Assembly: GCA_016839805.1 (NCBI GenBank)
Contig: JAEOTO010000022.1
Coordinates: forward strand, 38,881-102,880
Direction: 5' to 3'
Length of the DNA stretch: 64,000 nt
Source of the DNA: Candidatus Hermodarchaeota archaeon
GTDB taxonomy: Archaea > Asgardarchaeota > Hermodarchaeia > Hermodarchaeales > Hermodarchaeaceae
Shown here: positions 58,478-64,000 of the stretch, in pieces
How the letters are laid out: the number at the start of each line of letters is the position of its first letter
How positions within the stretch are numbered: position 1 is the stretch's first letter
Position numbers and translations under genes: made by a program
The notes under the pieces: model-generated
What the model was told of the DNA's origin: nothing
Database searches by the model: none
What the model saw: only the letters and a program-made list of their open reading frames with translations

Positions 58478-58929
58478 AACTCGATTTATCAACGGTGGGC
58501 ATCTCTTGTGTCGCCTGTGGAACACGGACTACATTAGAACATGCTATCCAGGAGGGCTGGCACCAATGCCTTCGTTGCCAGTTTTTCATCGACCCCCAAT
58601 GCCTCCACATCGTTCAAACTACAATGGGAGGCGTGTGTCCAGCTTTCAGTCAAGGAGTTCCACGCCACACGCTTCAACCCGCGGACATCCCCTCCGAACA
58701 AATCTTAATCTTTGTGAAAGATCAATATCAAAAAGGTCGTGTCGGGGCCCTCATAGATACTCTCTTTTACACACAACGGCTCCCTCTCTCTCCACCTCAA
58801 CATGACTCAAAATATAAAGGGCCTTCCGAAGAGCCGCTGACCCGTGAAGAGATTTGGCAGCGCTATGGCTTAGTATTGGTACGAAGGGCTCACGGAAAAT
58901 GGGTCACTTGGGAAAAAATTCTATTTTAA
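58474..58929 (+). CDS. RING-like zinc-finger protein, paralog of 52140..52532
   Basis: CVAC-x16-CLRC-x4-DPQC-x11-CP...GV..H; ATGA overlap with the KITE gene. Confidence 0.6.
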   Translation: MKLDLSTVGISCVACGTRTTLEHAIQEGWHQCLRCQFFIDPQCLHIVQTTMGGVCPAFSQGVPRHTLQPADIPSEQILIFVKDQYQKGRVGALIDTLFYTQRLPLSPPQHDSKYKGPSEEPLTREEIWQRYGLVLVRRAHGKWVTWEKILF

Positions 58930-59910
58930 ACCTAATTTAACGAGAATGGTATCCACAAGTTTTCGAGCTGAATTTTTCACATCCTCCAGCTCTGTTTTCG
59001 GCTCATCCTTTTCATCTTCATCTAACAAAGGTAATCCAGCTAAACTTCGGATGATACTAGATATTGCATGTTGAGCTACAAATATCTCCGAACCCCCTGA
59101 CAATAAAACTACTAATTTCCCGGAGCAGACAGCATCAGCTGTTTGCATCAGAATCTTAGTCATTGCTGGAAATGCACGAAGCGAGAGATTGAACCCACCA
59201 TAATCCAATGCATGCGCATCATGCCCCATGTTCCAAAGGATCATTTCTGCTTCACTTTGACGGGCTAAAGGCGGAACCAGGCGACGGACCGCTTCTACAA
59301 AGGATCCATCACTACTATTACTAGGAAATGGCACATCCACATGCCGCTTCGACTCTATCTCATATCGTTCCCGGAAACTCGCCTCAAAGTTCAAATGAAA
59401 TACTCCCTCATCATCCCCTAATATGTCCCGTGTTCCATCCCCGGGATGAGGATCAGTATCAACGATAAAAAATTGTTTCACATCATATTTCTGTTGTAGA
59501 TTTCGTATTAGCAGGGCTGAGTTGTTATAATAACAAAAACCCCAAAAGGAATCTCGACTAGCGTGATGCCCCGCACATCCTGTAAAAGCAAAGGAATTTC
59601 TGGCTTCCCCTAACCACACACCCTCACCTGCACGAACTGCAGCACCAGCGGAGACCAGTGAAGCGGCATCATACCCAGAATTCTTCACCTGCTGAATGTG
59701 GTTTTTTGTATGCACCTGAACAAGCAACTCTTCAGAAACTTCAAAAGCCTGCTCCACTTTCACATGAGGTGAATCAAGGGTCCCTGTTTCTCGTAAATAC
59801 TCAAAGGCCGGTTGGACACGACCAGCTAGAACTGGATAACCTTTCGCAGCCATGAGTGGATGATACAAAATAAGGGTTGGCTTCTTAGTTGATGCTGTTT
59901 TATTGGTCAT
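58921..59910 (-). CDS. histone deacetylase (Zn-dependent HDAC/AcuC) family protein
   Basis: AGHHA, GFCYYNN, DTDPHPGDGT, GHDAH, SGGS in place of EGGY. Confidence 0.9.
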   Translation of the reverse strand: MTNKTASTKKPTLILYHPLMAAKGYPVLAGRVQPAFEYLRETGTLDSPHVKVEQAFEVSEELLVQVHTKNHIQQVKNSGYDAASLVSAGAAVRAGEGVWLGEARNSFAFTGCAGHHASRDSFWGFCYYNNSALLIRNLQQKYDVKQFFIVDTDPHPGDGTRDILGDDEGVFHLNFEASFRERYEIESKRHVDVPFPSNSSDGSFVEAVRRLVPPLARQSEAEMILWNMGHDAHALDYGGFNLSLRAFPAMTKILMQTADAVCSGKLVVLLSGGSEIFVAQHAISSIIRSLAGLPLLDEDEKDEPKTELEDVKNSARKLVDTILVKLGLK

Positions 59911-60042
59911 TTCATCACCTTGCTGCAGTGCATTATGATGGCTATCTTCTGTCTTTTACAAATCTAATGGACGAAAGACTATATCAGGTTGAGCCCCTGT
60001 AATGAACCACTAAAACCAAGTCAAACGAACTGGTGATGAACC

Positions 60043-61242
60043 GTGGAAATTCGAAATTTAACAGAGAAAGAACGTACCGAAGCCAGAATGTTACACCGAT
60101 ATGCCTTCGGTGAATGGTCGGATAAAGAAGTGAAAGACGATGAAATGACCTATCTTGACCCCACACAAACAATCGGGCTATTCGATGATACTGCGACTCT
60201 CATTTCTACTGTTGCTGTGATTGATTTCAAACAGTGTATTCGTGGTGTCAGTAAACGAATGGGTGGAATTGCCGAAGTAAGTACGTATCCGGAGGGACGG
60301 TATCAGGGAAATATACAAAAACTGATGCAGTATGCCTTCAACCAAATGCAAGAAAACGGCTTCTCGGTGAGTATGCTTGCCCCATTCAAGGATTCCTATT
60401 ACGAAAAATTTGACTACACTAAGGCGAACGCACCATATCTTGTAGGCGCTCCACAACTTGCGATTCGTCATTACCTCTCAATAGATCCAGGTTCTGATTG
60501 GGTAATCGAAAGACATCGAGCCCAAGATGTACAGAAACAATACACGGAATATTTCAATCGTGTCCCATTTACGAAATATCATGGCTTTGTTACCTTTACA
60601 AAGTTGAAACCAAAAATCTGGAAAGACCGAAGTAAGGATTCTCTGGTCGTGTTCGTTAAACGGAATGGAAACACCGAAGGGATGAGCCGTTATCGGATAC
60701 TACGCAAAGATCCCCGTGATGAGGCAACCCAAGAACTTCATATCGTTGATTTCTACTCGAATAGCCTAACTGCTCAATTAATATTATTCAACTTCTTTGC
60801 GAAACATACTGACCAGATTAACAAAGTTTGGATTCATGCTCCCTTTGATACAATGGTCGAACATTGGTTCAAAGATGACATCATTGAAATCAAACGATAT
60901 ATGCCCTGGATGGTTCGAGTAATTGACGTTGAACAAGCGCTTACGGGTCTACCTGCAAAAGGTGAAGATGAATTTCGCATTCGAGTTACTGACAAGATGT
61001 GTGAATGGAATAATCAAATCTTTGCGCTCCGCTCAAAAAACGAGTCCCTCCAAGCCCATCAGGCCTCAGGAAATCCCGCAGCTACTATGACTATCAAAGG
61101 ACTTTCAGCATTAGTATACGGAACCCAATCCATTGAGGAACTCGAACATCTTAACTTGTTACAAATCAAAGAAGAATGGGTCAAACACACCCTTCAACGA
61201 TGGTTCACTCAGTTACCCATCTACAGTACCGTCTACTTCTAA
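60043..61242 (+). CDS. Eis-family GNAT acetyltransferase with C-terminal SCP2-like domain
   Basis: MGGIAEVST.PE.R.QG, L.PF...YYEKFDY, MVRVIDV..AL, D.MC.WN, LSAL.YG. Confidence 0.88.
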   Translation: MEIRNLTEKERTEARMLHRYAFGEWSDKEVKDDEMTYLDPTQTIGLFDDTATLISTVAVIDFKQCIRGVSKRMGGIAEVSTYPEGRYQGNIQKLMQYAFNQMQENGFSVSMLAPFKDSYYEKFDYTKANAPYLVGAPQLAIRHYLSIDPGSDWVIERHRAQDVQKQYTEYFNRVPFTKYHGFVTFTKLKPKIWKDRSKDSLVVFVKRNGNTEGMSRYRILRKDPRDEATQELHIVDFYSNSLTAQLILFNFFAKHTDQINKVWIHAPFDTMVEHWFKDDIIEIKRYMPWMVRVIDVEQALTGLPAKGEDEFRIRVTDKMCEWNNQIFALRSKNESLQAHQASGNPAATMTIKGLSALVYGTQSIEELEHLNLLQIKEEWVKHTLQRWFTQLPIYSTVYF

Positions 61243-61321
61243 CAGAACCGATTTTAAGGCGAGGTTTTTTAGGCTAGAAGGTTGCTGAGTTGTACCCTCA
61301 CTTGTTCAGGGGCGAAAATAA

Positions 61322-61711
61322 ATGGGATTCGAGCTACCCTTCGATAAAATCCAAGCCGCCATTAAAGAATACTTACTCTTTGAAGCTGATCCAACTGCTC
61401 GGACGATTAAACTTGAATTCAAAGGAAGTATCTATGAAGAAATGCCCTTAGGTGACATGCTGGAAGATGAAGAGGGCTTGAAGCGAATGGCAAAAAGCTT
61501 CATGGATGAAGATATCGATTACACCGCTGAACCCCTTCCTGAAGGCAAAGGCGTTATCCTCTCTTTTGAGAGCGATGAAGACTATCAGAAAATGTATAAT
61601 TTCATCGATGGCATCGTGAATGGCGAGTTGCTGAAGGACATCATGGAAAAGATCATGAAATCCATGTTCGCAGCCTTTGACGATAGCTCCGAATTCGAAA
61701 ACACGACATAA
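61322..61711 (+). CDS. hypothetical acidic protein
   Basis: 129 aa ATG-start ORF with upstream TTTTTAGG; no recognised motif. Confidence 0.65.
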   Translation: MGFELPFDKIQAAIKEYLLFEADPTARTIKLEFKGSIYEEMPLGDMLEDEEGLKRMAKSFMDEDIDYTAEPLPEGKGVILSFESDEDYQKMYNFIDGIVNGELLKDIMEKIMKSMFAAFDDSSEFENTT

Positions 61712-61895
61712 ATCGAAGGTTCATTTTTAATTGCAATACCTTGAATCAATCCTGGGGGAAGAAGGCTTCCATCTCATTGTGCATGTTGTGATATACTTTA
61801 GTTCGGTTGATATTCGAATTGATGATGATTAAAAAGCTTCACGACCAATTGATGTTAGAAGTATTCAACGGTTAAAATATTGACGTGGAAGCACC

Positions 61896-63278
61896 TTGAC
61901 AGCAATTATTCGTAACAAAAATGACCTAATCAAGGGATCACCCAAAACGCAGCACGCAAGAAAAATTGCTCTAGATTTACTCGAAGCCGCGTTAATTGCT
62001 GCAGATCCTCAGCAAATGGTTCGCCAAGTAATAAAACTTGAAAATCATATTTTACATTTAGCTCAGCACAAAATCAACCTTCATACTATCAACGGAGTTT
62101 TTGTAATCGGTGCAGGAAAAGCCACTGGACGAATGGCCGAAGCCATCGAAGCACTCCTCCCCGAGAGTATCACTGGTGGTTTAATAATCGTACCTGAAAA
62201 TTCAGTGAATGATTTTGTGCTTGAAAGTGTGGAACTTCAGGGAGGTGGACACCCCCTTCCCACCAATCAAAGTGTTAATTCAACGCGAGCACTCCAAGAA
62301 CTTATCACAAGCAGTCCACATGATGCATTGATAATCAGCCTGATATCCGGTGGTGGGTCCTCCTTGCTCTCTCACCCCGCATCACCCCTCACTGTACAGG
62401 ACCTTCAAGAAACTACGACCCTCTTGATAGAATCAGGGGTACCCATTACTGACATGAACACACTTCGAAAACACCTCTCACAGGTCAAAGGAGGCTATCT
62501 AAGCAGCCAGGTTTACCCACGACAGCATATAAGCCTCCTAATATCAGATATTCCTAATGACCAACTCGACATGATTGCCAGCGGACCCACACTTCCAGAT
62601 CCTACCACCTTTCACGATGCTGCAGAAATTCTTACGAAGTACAACCTCTGGTCAGAGGTACCTCCCCGAGTCAAGCAACGTGTTGATGCCGGCCTACGAG
62701 GAGACATTACCGACACTCCGAAACCGACTAATCCTATTTTTTCTTCGACGGTCGCTGAACTCATTGGCAACAACCGAGTAATTTGTGAAGCAGCTCAGCA
62801 AACAGCACAACAAAAGGGTCTAACGGCTCAAATCCTTGCAACGGATTGGCAAGGAGAAGCACGAGAAATTGGATTCAAAATAGGAGAACTTGCCAACAGA
62901 CTCCAAAGGCCCAGTACTCCCCATGTCCTTATAATCGGCTCCGAAACTACCGTTACAGTCCGCCATCCAGGAAAAGGTGGTCGTAACACCGAACTCATTG
63001 CGGCCACCCTTCCCTTCCTCAAACACCATGACGGATTAGTCGTCGCAAGTCTCGCTACTGATGGCGTTGATGGTCCAACCCCCTATGCTGGAGCAGTCGC
63101 TGACCATGAATCTATCCAACGAGCGACCACTCTCAATCTCTCCTCCGAGGAATTGCTCGATACCAATAATACCTACATCCTTTTCGAAGCCCTCAACGAC
63201 CATATCTTCACAGGTCCCACTCACACCAATGTCCGTGACATCACCATCATTATCTACCTCAAAGACCTTCCCTCGTAA
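61896..63278 (+). CDS. glycerate 2-kinase (GckA/TtuD, MOFRL family)
   Basis: GAGKA, GGHPLP, LISGGGSSL, RKHLSQVKGG, IASGPT, GGRNTE, TDGVDG, TGPTHTNVRD. Confidence 0.93.
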   Translation: MTAIIRNKNDLIKGSPKTQHARKIALDLLEAALIAADPQQMVRQVIKLENHILHLAQHKINLHTINGVFVIGAGKATGRMAEAIEALLPESITGGLIIVPENSVNDFVLESVELQGGGHPLPTNQSVNSTRALQELITSSPHDALIISLISGGGSSLLSHPASPLTVQDLQETTTLLIESGVPITDMNTLRKHLSQVKGGYLSSQVYPRQHISLLISDIPNDQLDMIASGPTLPDPTTFHDAAEILTKYNLWSEVPPRVKQRVDAGLRGDITDTPKPTNPIFSSTVAELIGNNRVICEAAQQTAQQKGLTAQILATDWQGEAREIGFKIGELANRLQRPSTPHVLIIGSETTVTVRHPGKGGRNTELIAATLPFLKHHDGLVVASLATDGVDGPTPYAGAVADHESIQRATTLNLSSEELLDTNNTYILFEALNDHIFTGPTHTNVRDITIIIYLKDLPS

Positions 63279-63346
63279 TGTAATTGTCCCAAACTTTTTT
63301 CTAATATCAGCAAAGGCTTATGTAGCCACAACCAGAATCATTTCTT

Positions 63347-63796
63347 ATGAGTGAAGAACCCAAACCCAGCCGCGTACTCAAATGTGCTGAATGTGGCGCT
63401 AAGCTTCTATATGAAATAATAATGCCTGGACGCCCTATCATCTGTGAATACTGCGGTGCCAAAAATATTGAACCACGAGAGAAAAAATTGCACACTCCCT
63501 TCACCCGACGAAGACGCATGGCTGCACGCCGAGGCCCCCATCGTGCACCCCTTCTCCGCACAGTCAAACTACTTGCAGACAAAGGTGCCATCGATCTCAA
63601 AGTCTTGCGACAATACACGAAACGCAACATTGACCGCAAAATGCGTCCTCCTGTAGCTCTCCGACACGCCCTCCGTCAAATGCGCGATGAAGACAAACTA
63701 GACCGGGAAAAAATCTTAACTGCAATTGATGAACTCATCGGTGAACAAAAACTCCCAAAACAGGCACGAGTAAATATTTCGCGGCTACTCAAATAA
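63347..63796 (+). CDS. basic zinc-ribbon protein, hypothetical
   Basis: CAECG...CEYCG followed by an Arg-rich segment and helical C-terminus. Confidence 0.6.
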   Translation: MSEEPKPSRVLKCAECGAKLLYEIIMPGRPIICEYCGAKNIEPREKKLHTPFTRRRRMAARRGPHRAPLLRTVKLLADKGAIDLKVLRQYTKRNIDRKMRPPVALRHALRQMRDEDKLDREKILTAIDELIGEQKLPKQARVNISRLLK

Positions 63797-64000
63797 CGCC
63801 AATCATACCCTCAAAATCTAATAAATGAATACGGATTGTTATCAAATCAACAAAATGTGACACTGGGTATAATGGCGGATTAGGCACCTCCAAGAAAAGG
63901 ACATTTGTCCAATTAAGGACACAATTGGAGGGGAGAGGGAATGGTTTTCTAGGGGGGAGGGAAGTGCCAAGATCTTTCGCCAAACCCAGTGTTCCCAATA

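Noticed and set aside
57401-58805. Alternative ORFs 57401..57916 (-), 57925..58116 (-) and 58389..58805 (+)
   Set aside because: They are shadow frames of the tightly coupled SMC operon genes and have no motifs. The same applies to most short overlapping ORFs in the track.
54145-58929. Wadjet (JetABCD/MksBEFG) anti-plasmid system or Rad50/SbcC-Mre11
   Set aside because: No Toprim JetD or Mre11/SbcD nuclease is adjacent, gene order is SMC-first, there is no CxxC zinc hook, and the middle region looks like a globular Smc5/6-type hinge.
49029-58929. Integrated mobile element or provirus carrying the Ubl-SMC locus
   Set aside because: No integrase, transposase, att-like direct repeats or evident compositional break was seen, and the flanks are ordinary housekeeping genes.
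63789-63998. 69-aa minus-strand ORF at the window end
   Set aside because: No recognisable motif and it sits at the window edge; it cannot be distinguished from non-coding sequence or a gene tail.

Overview
Gene-dense archaeal chromosomal window with no rRNA, tRNA, CRISPR array or transposase that I could recognise. It is most likely from an Asgard archaeon (inference from two Rab-like small GTPases, form III RuBisCO, TrpB2, DUF763, a uDENN/longin-like protein, TATA-type promoters and eukaryote-like E2/RING/KITE proteins). Most of the window is housekeeping or metabolic: oxoacid oxidoreductase fragment, nikR, pyruvate kinase, CoA transferase, an Opp-type ABC transporter, larBCE, malic enzyme and glycerate kinase. 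The standout region is 49.0-58.9 kb. A complete ubiquitin-like conjugation module (JAMM protease + E1 on +; Ubl, E2, a small motif protein, a RING-like protein and a transglutaminase-fold protein on -) sits head-to-head with a translationally coupled four-gene Smc5/6-like operon (SMC, putative kleisin, Nse1/Nse3-like KITE, RING-like protein). The RING-like genes in the two operons look like paralogs resembling the Nse1 RING. A repeated SIM-like motif [RK][VI]xIL[EQ] occurs in the tails of three consecutive Ubl-operon proteins. Other notable items are a ~115-nt multi-stem RNA leader upstream of a small GTPase, a circularly permuted OppA, a longin-like/TackOD1 fusion next to a Rab-like GTPase, and an HDAC lacking its catalytic Tyr divergent from an Eis-type acetyltransferase. 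All family assignments come from motif recognition by eye; no searches were run.
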